Source: an uncultured Caldithrix sp.
Lineage (GTDB): Bacteria; Electryoneota; AABM5-125-24; Hatepunaeales; Hatepunaeaceae
NCBI GenBank assembly: GCA_964355675.1
Contig: CAYHEC010000017.1
Coordinates: 4,310-68,309, forward strand
Direction: 5' to 3'
DNA: 64,000 bases
Positions 9,310-19,049 of this stretch are shown here, piece after piece. The notes below the pieces were generated by a model. The model was not told the origin of the DNA, ran no database searches, and saw only the letters and a list, made by a program, of their open reading frames with translations. Made by a program: the position numbers and the translations under genes. The first letter of the stretch is position 1; every line of letters starts with the position of its first letter.

Positions 9310-11418
9310 TCATAGATCGTTGGTTTCGGAATTGGTCTGCAAAGTAGGAACCTCTTGTTCCGTGGATGGTTCCGCGATGACAGAGTTATTTTCCACATCG
9401 ACCGGTTTGGCGACAGGCTTATTCGATTCCTTTGATTCAGTTGACTCCGCTGTTGACTCAGCACTTTCGGTTTCGATTTTCTTCTCTTTACGAGGGCGAC
9501 GGGGTTTCTTCGGAGCAGTCTCGGTCGTTTCCTCAGTTTCAGTTCCTTCAGTCGGAAGGAAATCACCCAAGGTGGTTTTGACTTCTTCGACTCCGTCCTG
9601 ATATGCACGATAGGCGGCTCGTTCCTTGGCTCGTTCAGGTAGCAAATGCGACAGAACAATTCGATGGTTTCCCTTATCGAATTCAATAACTTCCAGTTCG
9701 AGGTTATCGCCTTCCTTCATGTTCTTTTTATTGTCGCCGGAAACAGCTTTGCCGAGTTGTGAATTTGGAATGAATCCTTCGACTCCCAGCGGAAGCATCA
9801 CAACGATGCCTTTTTCCAACACCCGGATCACTGTTCCATCAGTGCGTGCACGAATTGGATATTCTTTTTCAAAGCGATCCCAGGGGTCATCCTCGATCTG
9901 CTTAAGTCCCAAAGCGATCCGTCGTTCATTCCTGTCGAAGCTCAGAACAACAACCTCGATCTCTTGTCCTTTCTTTACGATTTCGCCGGGATGACGAACT
10001 TTGCGGGTCCATGAAAGGTCAGAAATATGGATCAGTCCATCGATGCCGGGTTCAAGTTCAACAAAAGCGCCGAACGGAACTAAGTCGCGGACAGTTCCGG
10101 TTTGGCGGGTTCCAGGGGTGTAAGTCGATTCCAGGCGTTCCCACGGATCCTCCTCGACTTGCTTCATGCCGAGGCTGATTTTTCTTGTTTCACGGTCGAT
10201 GTTCAGAACGACAATTTCTACTTCGTCACCGACGGTAACCATTTGAGATGGGTGTTTGATGTGCTGAGTCCAGGACATCTCTGAAATATGGACAAGACCC
10301 TCAACTCCAGCTTCAAGTTCAATGAATGCACCATACTTGACTATCGAAACAACGCGACCTTTGACTCGGGCGTTGAGAGGATATTTGGCCTCGATTTCTT
10401 CCCAATGGTGTTCCTTGAGTTGTTTCAGACCGAGGCTGATGCGTTGACGTTCCTTGTCGTAGTGGAGCACCTTAACTTTGATCTTCTCGTCGAGTTTGAC
10501 GATGTCGGACGGGTGGGAAACTCTGCCCCAGGAGAGGTCAGTGATATGCAGAAGTCCATCGACTCCGCCGAGATCCACGAATACGCCGAAGTCGGTGATG
10601 TTTTTGACGGTACCTTCGACAATTTGGCCAACTTCCAATTCCGATAGAACCTTTTGGCGGATTTCACGAAGGGACTCTTCGACGAGAACCTTATGCGAGA
10701 GAACCACATTCTTGCGGGCGTGATTGACCTTGATGATGCGGAAGTCCATCATTGCACCGACGATTGCGTCAAAATCACGAACCGGATGAACATCGATCTG
10801 CGAACCGGGGAGGAAAGCTTCGATACCAAAGAGATCGACAACCATACCACCCTTGATGCGGCGAGAAATGCGGGCTTCGATCATCTCGCCAGAAGCGTAT
10901 AGGCTATTTATCTTCTCCCAAACGCGCATGAATTCGGCCTTATCCTTAGATAGGATAAGCGTGCCTTCGGTGTTTTCGATAGAGTCAATATAGACTTCAA
11001 TATCGTCGCCGATTCTAAGTTCAGAAAAATTAAGGAACTCAACTTTTTGGATTGAGCCTTCTGATTTGAAGCCGATGTCAACTTGTACGTCGCTGTCAGT
11101 AATAGCAACAATTCGACCCTTGACAATTTCTCCGGTACGGAAGACCTTCATCGTCTCGGTATAGCGTACTTCCCAAGCCGAGCGTTCCGCCGGGCTATAC
11201 TCATCAATCGCGGCGGCTTCAGAAATGTCGATAATCGTTTCTTCCTCTTCAGGACGCATTAAAGGCGTTTCTGGATGGAAGAGTTTGGATATAATAGGCT
11301 TGTCCGGTTCAATAACTGGCGTAGAGGCTATTTCTTCGATGATTTCCGGTGTTGTTTCTGCCGGATCTGTTTGGGTAGGTTCTGATAATTCAGGAGTAAG
11401 AATTTGATCGTCGCTCAA
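9310..11418 (-). CDS. rpsA: 30S ribosomal protein S1 with N- and C-terminal low-complexity acidic extensions
   Basis: Six S1-domain repeats (e.g. GEIVKGRIVAITDSDVQVDIG, GQIVEGTVKNITDFGVFVDLG); 702 aa. Confidence 0.85.
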   Translation of the reverse strand: MSDDQILTPELSEPTQTDPAETTPEIIEEIASTPVIEPDKPIISKLFHPETPLMRPEEEETIIDISEAAAIDEYSPAERSAWEVRYTETMKVFRTGEIVKGRIVAITDSDVQVDIGFKSEGSIQKVEFLNFSELRIGDDIEVYIDSIENTEGTLILSKDKAEFMRVWEKINSLYASGEMIEARISRRIKGGMVVDLFGIEAFLPGSQIDVHPVRDFDAIVGAMMDFRIIKVNHARKNVVLSHKVLVEESLREIRQKVLSELEVGQIVEGTVKNITDFGVFVDLGGVDGLLHITDLSWGRVSHPSDIVKLDEKIKVKVLHYDKERQRISLGLKQLKEHHWEEIEAKYPLNARVKGRVVSIVKYGAFIELEAGVEGLVHISEMSWTQHIKHPSQMVTVGDEVEIVVLNIDRETRKISLGMKQVEEDPWERLESTYTPGTRQTGTVRDLVPFGAFVELEPGIDGLIHISDLSWTRKVRHPGEIVKKGQEIEVVVLSFDRNERRIALGLKQIEDDPWDRFEKEYPIRARTDGTVIRVLEKGIVVMLPLGVEGFIPNSQLGKAVSGDNKKNMKEGDNLELEVIEFDKGNHRIVLSHLLPERAKERAAYRAYQDGVEEVKTTLGDFLPTEGTETEETTETAPKKPRRPRKEKKIETESAESTAESTESKESNKPVAKPVDVENNSVIAEPSTEQEVPTLQTNSETNDL

Positions 11419-11611
11419 AGCGGTCCTTTCGGAATGGGAGAGCCCGCAAAAGGAATTACGGGGTTAGATTAATAAATTTGGATTTTGTAACCCCATAATA
11501 TACGACGAATGGTAAAGGAAGGAAAGAAGAGAATGCGGATTATTTCTGTTAAGCCTCAATAAGTTGCGATGGTTCGAAAAAGCTGACTAACTTGATACCT
11601 ACCCAGGCGGA

Positions 11612-11667
11612 CGCCCTCATCCGCCGACTATATGTGCCTGCAAAAAAGCGGACGAGGGCGTCCGCCG
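11612..11667. repeat. Double-hairpin intergenic element (family B: GGCGGACGCCCTCGTCCGCC ... GGCGGACGAGGGCGTCCGCC)
   Basis: Two self-complementary 20-mers about 12 nt apart, downstream of plsC. Confidence 0.7.
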
Positions 11668-11672
11668 ATACT

Positions 11673-12344
11673 CTAAAGGGCTTTTTCAATAGACTCAAGT
11701 TGCGATGGTTCGATGCCTCCGACTTCGGCAATTCGCTTCATGACGTTATTAGCGACCATCTGGTAGCCATCCTTACCGGCGGGCAACTCGCCCAAGTCAC
11801 TTATAGTAAACGACTTGCCGTAGATGACTGTCAGATTTCGTTTGAATAGTTGGCGTCTTATCGAAGCGCTTCCAGAAATGTAAACAGGAACGATCGGTAC
11901 ATTGAACTTAATCGCCATCAAGCCAACGCCTGCCTTAGGCGGATGGAGCTTGTCATCGACGTAGCGGGTGCCTTCGGGGAAGATGATAATACCGCCTCCT
12001 TTCTCCAGAACTTCACCTAATCTGACAATAGCTTCACGCTCGAAACCCTTTCGTTTGACAGGAACCGAGTTGAGGTAGCGGATCAGCCTTCCAATCAAGG
12101 GAATCGCGAAGAGCTCCTTTTTTGCGGCAAAATGAATCTCACGCGGAGAGGTTGAACCAACGATAGGCGGATCGACAAATGATTTGTGATTGGAGGCGTA
12201 AATGAAGGGACCAGTTTCAGGTACATTCTCGCGCCCGTAGGCACGGAGCCCAAAGAGGAGCTTCAATAATCCTCGTGCAAACGCCTGTGTCCGCCGGAAA
12301 CCGGGGCGGATCTCACGGTAAGGGAATTGTGGAATTTCGGTCAA
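11673..12344 (-). CDS. plsC: 1-acyl-sn-glycerol-3-phosphate acyltransferase
   Basis: NHKSFVDP (HX4D) and PEGTR motifs. Confidence 0.8.
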   Translation of the reverse strand: MTEIPQFPYREIRPGFRRTQAFARGLLKLLFGLRAYGRENVPETGPFIYASNHKSFVDPPIVGSTSPREIHFAAKKELFAIPLIGRLIRYLNSVPVKRKGFEREAIVRLGEVLEKGGGIIIFPEGTRYVDDKLHPPKAGVGLMAIKFNVPIVPVYISGSASIRRQLFKRNLTVIYGKSFTISDLGELPAGKDGYQMVANNVMKRIAEVGGIEPSQLESIEKAL

Positions 12345-12442
12345 AATGCGTTGGGTTTTGTGGTGAAATGGACAAAATAGACAAAATGGACGAAATGGAC
12401 AAGTGGATGGTATTAAGCCAGATTTAGCTTAGATTCAGTGCT

Positions 12443-13255
12443 TTATTGGATCCACTCTCGCAGGAGTGCAATGTAATTGGCTTCCCCTAACTTCTGTGGT
12501 AGATCATTGTGATCGCCATTTTCAACCAGAACAAGTCGTTTGGGTCTGGGAGCATTCTCAAATATGACGCGTCCGTTATCCCGCCAGCGAACAAATTCGT
12601 CCTTTGCGCCGTGGATGAGTAGCAACGGAGTGGCAATGCGTTTGATATTTTCGGCATTATCGAATCCCCCGGTTGTGAGCCATCCGGCAGGGAGGTCAAG
12701 ACCGATACTGCCTTGGGTTAACGAATTTGATGATGCAAAAGGGGCTTCGCAAATCAAGCGGTATGGGTTTAATCGTTTGGCGGTAAGGTATATCGCCGGG
12801 ACATTTCCCAGCGAGTAGCCCATCACTACAATCGAATCTGAAACAAAGCCTCTTGTGAAGATAAAATCAAGAGCCGCATCCGCGTCACGGTAGATTCCCT
12901 GCTCGCTCGATTCTCCCTCAGATTTCCCATATCCACGGTAGTCAAAGATAAGAATATTTGCGCCCAGTTGATGCATCATCATTACACGATCCCAATATTC
13001 ATCAAGATTATGCTTGTTTCCATGACAGAAAATCAGGACCAACCCCGGTCGGGAGCCATCCGAAGCGATCCAGTATCCATACAATCGATTTGACTCGCTA
13101 AGGAACGAGACCTCATCCAAAAGAGAGTCGGGAATAGTGTTGTCAGGAAGTTGATAAGCCTCGATCTGCTTGGAGTTGAAGAGAAAGTTATCTAGATCGC
13201 ATCCGGTGAAGATCACCGAAACAGAGCAGATCATGAGGAGAATAATAATCTTCAT
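12443..13255 (-). CDS. Alpha/beta hydrolase lipoprotein
   Basis: Lipobox FTGC; nucleophile elbow GYSLGN; 270 aa. Confidence 0.65.
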   Translation of the reverse strand: MKIIILLMICSVSVIFTGCDLDNFLFNSKQIEAYQLPDNTIPDSLLDEVSFLSESNRLYGYWIASDGSRPGLVLIFCHGNKHNLDEYWDRVMMMHQLGANILIFDYRGYGKSEGESSEQGIYRDADAALDFIFTRGFVSDSIVVMGYSLGNVPAIYLTAKRLNPYRLICEAPFASSNSLTQGSIGLDLPAGWLTTGGFDNAENIKRIATPLLLIHGAKDEFVRWRDNGRVIFENAPRPKRLVLVENGDHNDLPQKLGEANYIALLREWIQ

Positions 13256-13920
13256 TGGAATTTTTCCAACGTGAAGAGCGGCGCCAATGCGCCACGGTTC
13301 CCGATCCCGGTGTATTCGACGGCGGTTTTGTGGCTTTCCAGATTAGCTCCCTGCCATTTCAGCTCGAATCCGAATGTGTAGTTTTTACCGAGCTTCCACT
13401 TGCATCCGACAAAGGGCGAAAAGATCGCGCCGCTTCTTTCAGGATCGTAATTCATCCCTGTCAAAGGAAGCGTGAGATCATTCCCGAGATAGTACTGACG
13501 GTTCCCCTGCCGCCAAGCAGATGTAAAGGATACAATGGGATAGATACGAAAACGATCGTTCACGCCCGATCTAAAACTGCCCATCATCAACAATCGTCCA
13601 CCGATTCCGACTGTTGGTACGCAACAATATTGGCTTATTGGGTACCAAGTAGCGCCTGCCTCTGCACCGGCGATCTTGTAGAAAATCGGCAATACGTGGA
13701 GGTCGCCACCAATATTCACCTTTTCGCTGACGCCGAACTCACTACCAACCACAGCGTATGGGACAGGAACATGCGTCCCGAAGGCGGCGACAATCGGCCC
13801 ACCGAGCGCGACACGGCTGGCTCTGTTTCCTTTACCGAGCGGCTCAAGGAAGGAATGGGCCGTGCATCCGGTGAGGAAGAGAAAGGATAGGACGATTACT
13901 AAAACGAATTTCTCATTCAA
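13252..13920 (-). CDS. Hypothetical lipoprotein / outer-membrane protein
   Basis: Probable TTG start at 13920 giving MNEKFVLVIVLSFLFLTGC lipoprotein signal; no recognisable family; the ORF track extends to 13977. Confidence 0.45.
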   Translation of the reverse strand: MNEKFVLVIVLSFLFLTGCTAHSFLEPLGKGNRASRVALGGPIVAAFGTHVPVPYAVVGSEFGVSEKVNIGGDLHVLPIFYKIAGAEAGATWYPISQYCCVPTVGIGGRLLMMGSFRSGVNDRFRIYPIVSFTSAWRQGNRQYYLGNDLTLPLTGMNYDPERSGAIFSPFVGCKWKLGKNYTFGFELKWQGANLESHKTAVEYTGIGNRGALAPLFTLEKFQ

Positions 13921-14434
13921 TCTGGATAACAATGTCTTGGTAGAAGAATTTCCAGCCGAGCGCAATACCTGCCGCACTGCCTATAATCGCGGCGACCGTC
14001 ACCTTACCGGGGTCAGCGTTAGTCGAAAGCGACACCGCCGCCGAAAGAAGACCTGCCCCCCCTAATCCCATTAATCCCACCAACATCAAATCCTGGGATT
14101 GTTTTTTTAGGGTGACGCTCTTCACATTGTGCGACGAGATATTCTTAATGCCTTCGGAAGTTTTCAATCTGAACTCACCCTGCTCGAAGATCATAAGACG
14201 ACCGCTTTCAACTTCTCCTGTATGGAGATAAACATCCATAGGCTGTTGGTACCACGTTACGGCAATCCGTTGGAGCTTAATTTCGCGAGCCTTCTGGATG
14301 TCAGTTTTGTTGGCGTTCGCTGGCGTCTCTTCCGATAATGCCGAAAGAGGCAGGCAAAAGATCCAAGCAATCAACAAGATGAATAACGTCTTCATCCAGC
14401 GAGGCTTTCTTCGAAGGTAAGTAGTATATATCAT
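13913..14434 (-). CDS. Hypothetical membrane-anchored protein
   Basis: N-terminal signal/TM and C-terminal glycine-rich TM helix; no family recognised. Confidence 0.4.
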   Translation of the reverse strand: MIYTTYLRRKPRWMKTLFILLIAWIFCLPLSALSEETPANANKTDIQKAREIKLQRIAVTWYQQPMDVYLHTGEVESGRLMIFEQGEFRLKTSEGIKNISSHNVKSVTLKKQSQDLMLVGLMGLGGAGLLSAAVSLSTNADPGKVTVAAIIGSAAGIALGWKFFYQDIVIQIE

Positions 14435-14456
14435 GGTTTCCTCGTATAGTGTAACA

Positions 14457-14488
14457 CTTGGAGGGTGGGATTAATCCCGCCCTCCAAG
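14457..14488. repeat. Palindromic element family A (cttGGAGGGYGGGATTAATCCCGCCCTCCaag)
   Basis: Near-perfect 13-bp inverted repeat around an ATTAAT core. Confidence 0.8.
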
Positions 14489-14527
14489 GTGGGATAACGG
14501 TACGGAATTGTGCAACTAAACACCGGC

Positions 14528-15913
14528 TCACCACCGCCAATAAAATGCGAGGTATGGCGACTGCCAATGGAAGCCGACACGGAACGTTTCACTCATCGTC
14601 CAAAGGAAACCGAAGTCAAAGTCAACCGGCTTATAGGTTCCCTCACCACTATCTAAGGTGAAAGGAGTGTCATCGAAATAGGTCCGGCGAGCCTGACTCA
14701 GGGTTAAAGCCTCGTAGCCATTGTCAGCGAAAATTTCCATCATGAATTTGATGCGCTTGCTCAGATCGTAGTCCCAAGCGCCCCAGATTCGGTAGGGTAT
14801 CGTGAAGTTCTTATCCCATATCCAACTGTTATTTGGGTCGTTGGGGTTGGATTTGAGTTCAGGTTTCTTGGCGCTGAGACCATTGGTTTCGACGCCGAGA
14901 TGAATCCCCCATTTCCCCCGGCCGTTGGCAAGGCTTGCCCGGCGGGTTAGAACGGCATAAGTCGCCCAGTGGAATGTCTTTTCGTCCGGATCTACAAGAA
15001 TATTTTTGGTTTCGATACCTTTTTCAATGATTTCCTCTTTAGAATAATCATCACGACGCACATTTGTATTCTTGTTGATAATCCAGTGACTGTATTTTTC
15101 AGCTTCATTCAGCGATTTGTGGTCACTAAAGAGACGCAGACCAAGGGCGAGACTCAGATCGGTCGAACCGATGGCGCGATGATAAAGGCGAAGATGAGGC
15201 TCAAGATTGAGATCTCCGCTGAAGTTACTCCCGAATCTTGTGGTGAGCGTGAAGTCCTCAGTAAAACCGTAGCCGAGCGAAAAGCCACTCACATAGAAAG
15301 AGTACGCAGGCAGAGGCGTAGCCGTCGGATCGAGGAAAATGCTGGTAAGTTCCTCGCCAGTAAAGAACCGCTGGCGCTCCTCCTGCCACGAGACTTTCGT
15401 GTCGCCGAAGTATCTATCCATTTTCTGGATGTCCTTCTTCAGAACAACTACGACTCCATAAGGCGTCTTCAAGGATACTGAGTACTCATCTTCGGAGAGC
15501 AACGGGCCTGAGTACTGTGTCTCGTCTATCTTGGAAATTTCAACGATTTCGGCAAGAATGTCTCTCGCCTGAATTTTGAGCTTTCCATCCACCGTTTCGA
15601 TGATGGCGATACTATCGCCGCGCAGTTCGAGAATTTTACCACTGATCACGTTTTTGTCACGCAAATGGAAAAGGCGTGACATCCCGACTTCGAGAACTGC
15701 CTCTTGCGGGGCGTGAGTGGAGCCTTGCTCCACAACAGGTGCAACCGGGATGCCCGGTTTTGGAAGTGTTGCACCACATTTAGTGCAATACTTGTAGCGT
15801 GCTTCGTTGGTGTAATTACATTTCAGGCAGACGATCGAGGAGCCGTCCGCAGCCTGAAGGATTACTGCTGTGCAAAGCAATACCAAAAGCGAGAGAATAA
15901 CGGAAGTTCTCAT
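14528..15913 (-). CDS. Predicted outer-membrane protein with N-terminal secreted zinc-ribbon module
   Basis: Signal peptide; CLKCN...CTKCG double CxxC; aromatic-rich C-terminus ending ...FYWRW typical of beta-barrel OMPs. Confidence 0.45.
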   Translation of the reverse strand: MRTSVILSLLVLLCTAVILQAADGSSIVCLKCNYTNEARYKYCTKCGATLPKPGIPVAPVVEQGSTHAPQEAVLEVGMSRLFHLRDKNVISGKILELRGDSIAIIETVDGKLKIQARDILAEIVEISKIDETQYSGPLLSEDEYSVSLKTPYGVVVVLKKDIQKMDRYFGDTKVSWQEERQRFFTGEELTSIFLDPTATPLPAYSFYVSGFSLGYGFTEDFTLTTRFGSNFSGDLNLEPHLRLYHRAIGSTDLSLALGLRLFSDHKSLNEAEKYSHWIINKNTNVRRDDYSKEEIIEKGIETKNILVDPDEKTFHWATYAVLTRRASLANGRGKWGIHLGVETNGLSAKKPELKSNPNDPNNSWIWDKNFTIPYRIWGAWDYDLSKRIKFMMEIFADNGYEALTLSQARRTYFDDTPFTLDSGEGTYKPVDFDFGFLWTMSETFRVGFHWQSPYLAFYWRW

Positions 15914-15931
15914 TGTTGTTTCTGCCTTTTC

Positions 15932-16432
15932 TTATAAACTGACGATGATTGAAATTGCAAGAATTATCAGCACTGTTCCGCCGACAAATTGGAGAAATCC
16001 AGCAAAACTGGAGGTCTTGGGAGCAATAGGTTTATTTGTGCTGTACCGTTGCAATAGATCCTCTAAATCTTGGCGCGACATCATTGCCACAGAGTTTGGG
16101 TCGGGAGCAAATCGATCCTGGCGAGCTTCGATCCGCTGAAGCATCAATGCGACAATCCGGCGCAAATCTTGATCTGAGAGCTGGCCGATTAGCTGTTGAA
16201 CCGATGGATCCAGAGCGCCTAAAGGGGGAATTTCAGTCTGGGCGTCCAATACCCGGAGATTTCGGGGAGGTTGAGTCTCCATTTGAAGCGTGCCTCCGCA
16301 CTGGCCGCAGAAGGCACCGCCCGATTCTTCGATTGCGCCGCACCTTGGGCAGGTGACTCCCGCCGCGTTTGCAAGGATGGGGATGATGAGAATAGTAAGG
16401 AAGATGATCCAGACAGCTGGTTTCAAGTTCAT
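15932..16432 (-). CDS. Small membrane-anchored protein with N-terminal zinc-ribbon module (paralogous module to the downstream gene)
   Basis: Signal peptide; CPRCG...CGQCG; C-terminal TM helix. Confidence 0.45.
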   Translation of the reverse strand: MNLKPAVWIIFLTILIIPILANAAGVTCPRCGAIEESGGAFCGQCGGTLQMETQPPRNLRVLDAQTEIPPLGALDPSVQQLIGQLSDQDLRRIVALMLQRIEARQDRFAPDPNSVAMMSRQDLEDLLQRYSTNKPIAPKTSSFAGFLQFVGGTVLIILAISIIVSL

Positions 16433-16604
16433 GATTCTGCCTTTCTGTTTCGATCTGTTTAATTCAGAATATCACAATTTTTATGCCAACTGGCATGTAT
16501 TTACAAATAGTATAATTAAGAATCAGCTTCGTCTCACACACTGTGACAAAAATGTTACAGGCTGTACGATTAGGTGAACATGCCTATCCTCCCCGCCACA
16601 GAAC

Positions 16605-19049
16605 TCAAATCTTTTCAGAAAGAATGCTCGGAATAAAAAATTCAAAACGCGCTCCGGATCCAGGCACGGACACGATCTTTAGAGTCCCTTGATGTAACTC
16701 AATGATCTGTTTGACAATGGCGAGCCCCAGCCCTGTTCCCTTGCCTTTGATTTTGGTGGTAAAGTACGGTTGAAGAATGCGATCCTGAATTTCAACAGGA
16801 ATACCCGGCCCATCATCGGCAACAAATCCAATAGCTCCTTGTCCGTTTTCGGCCTCGCGAACACCAACAATTATCGTACCTGAGCCGTGCTCTTCCAAAG
16901 CGTCTGCGGCATTCACTATGAGATTGAGATAGACTTGACCAAGTTGTTGACGGTCTCCCCAGACCAAAGTCCCTTTCTTTGAAAGGTCGCGTTTCAATTT
17001 GAAATTGGCGTTGGGATTGGATTCTGAGAAGTGCTTTATTCTACCGGCAGTTTCGCGGATTAAAACCAATGCTTCCTCTGCAATCGACTCGAGTGTCAAA
17101 CGTTCCGGTTCGAGAGTTGGAGGCTGAGACAACCTACTGAGATTGCTGGCGATGCGTTTAATGCGTTCGCTCATCTGGATAACAATATCGAGAGCGGGTA
17201 GAATAAGAGCGGAGCTGGTGAACTCGTTAGAGCGCACCTTCATCTCGGTCAATTGCGCCTGCCCCATCAGCGGGGCAAGTGAGTTATTGATCTCATGAGC
17301 AATTCCCCCTGCCATATCGATGACGAACGCTCGCTTTTCTTGTTCGACAAGCTGTCTTGTAAGTGAGATATTGGCAAGAGCCGAGGCGGTATGGTTTGAG
17401 AGCGCATTTAATAACACGAAGTCTTTTTCGCTGAAAACTGCACCGCTCTTCTTTCTGCCGATCAACAGCGCGCCTACCGGAAGACCTCCTTGACGGAGAG
17501 GTAGAAGCAGGTCGAATCCAAGATTGGGTGGGAGTGAATCGGAATTATTCGAATAAGATTTTCCTTGAACTTGATAGTTTCCTTCTAATGCAACATGCAC
17601 GAACTCCAATATCTCTTTATTTCTCGCCTGATCGTCACCCTCCGACTGTCCGGATACCTTCAGTCTGCCTTCGCTCCCATGAACGAGAGCAACTCTTTGA
17701 ACATGCAATATTTCTGGTAATTTGACTGTCAATATCTCGATTAACTCGCCATCGACCAACGCCTTCGAGAGTTCTTCCCCTAACTGCCTGACCGCTTCCT
17801 GCTCGTCAAACCAGTCACGATAATAAAGCCGGTCAATCACCCAGCGTATCGGCGCTGAAAGTCCTGAAGCGGTGACGAGGAGGAAAACAATACCGGTGAT
17901 GATTTGGGTCTTCAAGGTCAAGGTTCGTATTTCGGTGAAAGGCTCACCGAATATCAGGAGTAAAGTGAGAAGAAAAAACGATGAGAAAATGATAGCAATA
18001 GTGTATATGATAGTGCGTGAAAGCACCCATTCGACGTTGAGCATTCTAAATGAAGCGACCGCCATACCCCATCCGGTAGGGACGATTAGCATCAAGCTAA
18101 ACACCGTCCATAATGGAACCAAAGGTTCATACCCAAAGACCGGGGGCAAACGATAATAGAAAAAATAGGGTAGCAAACCCACAACTGTCACGATCAACAA
18201 CCACCGCATCTGGTCACGGTGGGCAGGCTCCTCGAGACCCAAATAATGCTTTATGACGAAAAAGAGAGCAATGACAAAATATATCGCCATAAATGCGCCG
18301 AGTAAGGCGCTGAACGTCCAAAGGAAAAGGGCTATTGACCCGGGCGATCCAGTTGTTTCTGAAAAAGTATAAGTTACGAGCAACATCCCGATGATGATGA
18401 TCGAAGGCAGATAGAGAATAACGCGTTTGATGGATCGCAGTCGCAGGTTACAAAATCGAAATAAAAAATCGACCAGCAACGGGGGGATAAGTCCTATAAA
18501 AGCGAGTCTCGAGAAGGCATGAAGAAAGTGAACAAAACCGTTTTGCCATGGATTTTCAAAGATGGAGAGTAAAATCGAACATCCGGCTACAAACGTCAGC
18601 CGGTAGTATGCCCGCCCGGTTGGGTCGCGACGTTTGCCCCAGCCGACAAGTATTCCGACAAAAATGAAGAGTAAACCGAGCAGGGTGTTGAGGAGAATGA
18701 AGAAAATTGTGCGTGAAGGCGTCGAATTGACGAGAATCGCTAAAGTGTGATCCGACCTTTTTACTACCAGTTTAAGTGGATTCCTGTGGAATAGATCGGT
18801 AGTAAGCTTAGTCGCCTGATAGTGATTGACGATCAGAATATCTCCAATGGAGAGAAGCGTATCGCCAACATGCAAGTTTGAAGGTAATGCGAGGTTGTCG
18901 CTGTCAATCCCGGAAATGACCACTCGGCCGTTTCGGTCAGCGAATGTCAGGTCGAGGTCATTTGACTTGTGGAGAGATAGTATGCCGCTCACGCATGAGG
19001 CCACTACAATCAGTATTAGTCCAATTCGCCCCAACCAGAGATTATTCAT
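16605..19049 (-). CDS. Multi-pass membrane sensor histidine kinase
   Basis: About 8 TM helices N-terminal; H-box HEINNSLAPL; HATPase G-boxes GTGLGLAIVKQ; 814 aa. Confidence 0.8.
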   Translation of the reverse strand: MNNLWLGRIGLILIVVASCVSGILSLHKSNDLDLTFADRNGRVVISGIDSDNLALPSNLHVGDTLLSIGDILIVNHYQATKLTTDLFHRNPLKLVVKRSDHTLAILVNSTPSRTIFFILLNTLLGLLFIFVGILVGWGKRRDPTGRAYYRLTFVAGCSILLSIFENPWQNGFVHFLHAFSRLAFIGLIPPLLVDFLFRFCNLRLRSIKRVILYLPSIIIIGMLLVTYTFSETTGSPGSIALFLWTFSALLGAFMAIYFVIALFFVIKHYLGLEEPAHRDQMRWLLIVTVVGLLPYFFYYRLPPVFGYEPLVPLWTVFSLMLIVPTGWGMAVASFRMLNVEWVLSRTIIYTIAIIFSSFFLLTLLLIFGEPFTEIRTLTLKTQIITGIVFLLVTASGLSAPIRWVIDRLYYRDWFDEQEAVRQLGEELSKALVDGELIEILTVKLPEILHVQRVALVHGSEGRLKVSGQSEGDDQARNKEILEFVHVALEGNYQVQGKSYSNNSDSLPPNLGFDLLLPLRQGGLPVGALLIGRKKSGAVFSEKDFVLLNALSNHTASALANISLTRQLVEQEKRAFVIDMAGGIAHEINNSLAPLMGQAQLTEMKVRSNEFTSSALILPALDIVIQMSERIKRIASNLSRLSQPPTLEPERLTLESIAEEALVLIRETAGRIKHFSESNPNANFKLKRDLSKKGTLVWGDRQQLGQVYLNLIVNAADALEEHGSGTIIVGVREAENGQGAIGFVADDGPGIPVEIQDRILQPYFTTKIKGKGTGLGLAIVKQIIELHQGTLKIVSVPGSGARFEFFIPSILSEKI

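Noticed and set aside
9264-9686. 140-aa and other minus/plus ORFs overlapping the 3' end of rpsA
   Set aside because: They are off-frame overlaps of a highly conserved ribosomal gene with low-complexity translation. No independent support.
14301-14567. 88-aa ORF containing PPWRAGLIPPSK
   Set aside because: The peptide is the translation of the family A palindrome. The same peptide recurs in the spurious N-terminal extension of gcvPB (22120-22305). These are artefacts of reading through repeats.
16470-16500. tggcatgtatttaca as a second sigma-54 promoter
   Set aside because: The -12 element is TTAC or TACA rather than TTGC with correct spacing. It is oriented on the plus strand, where no gene follows.
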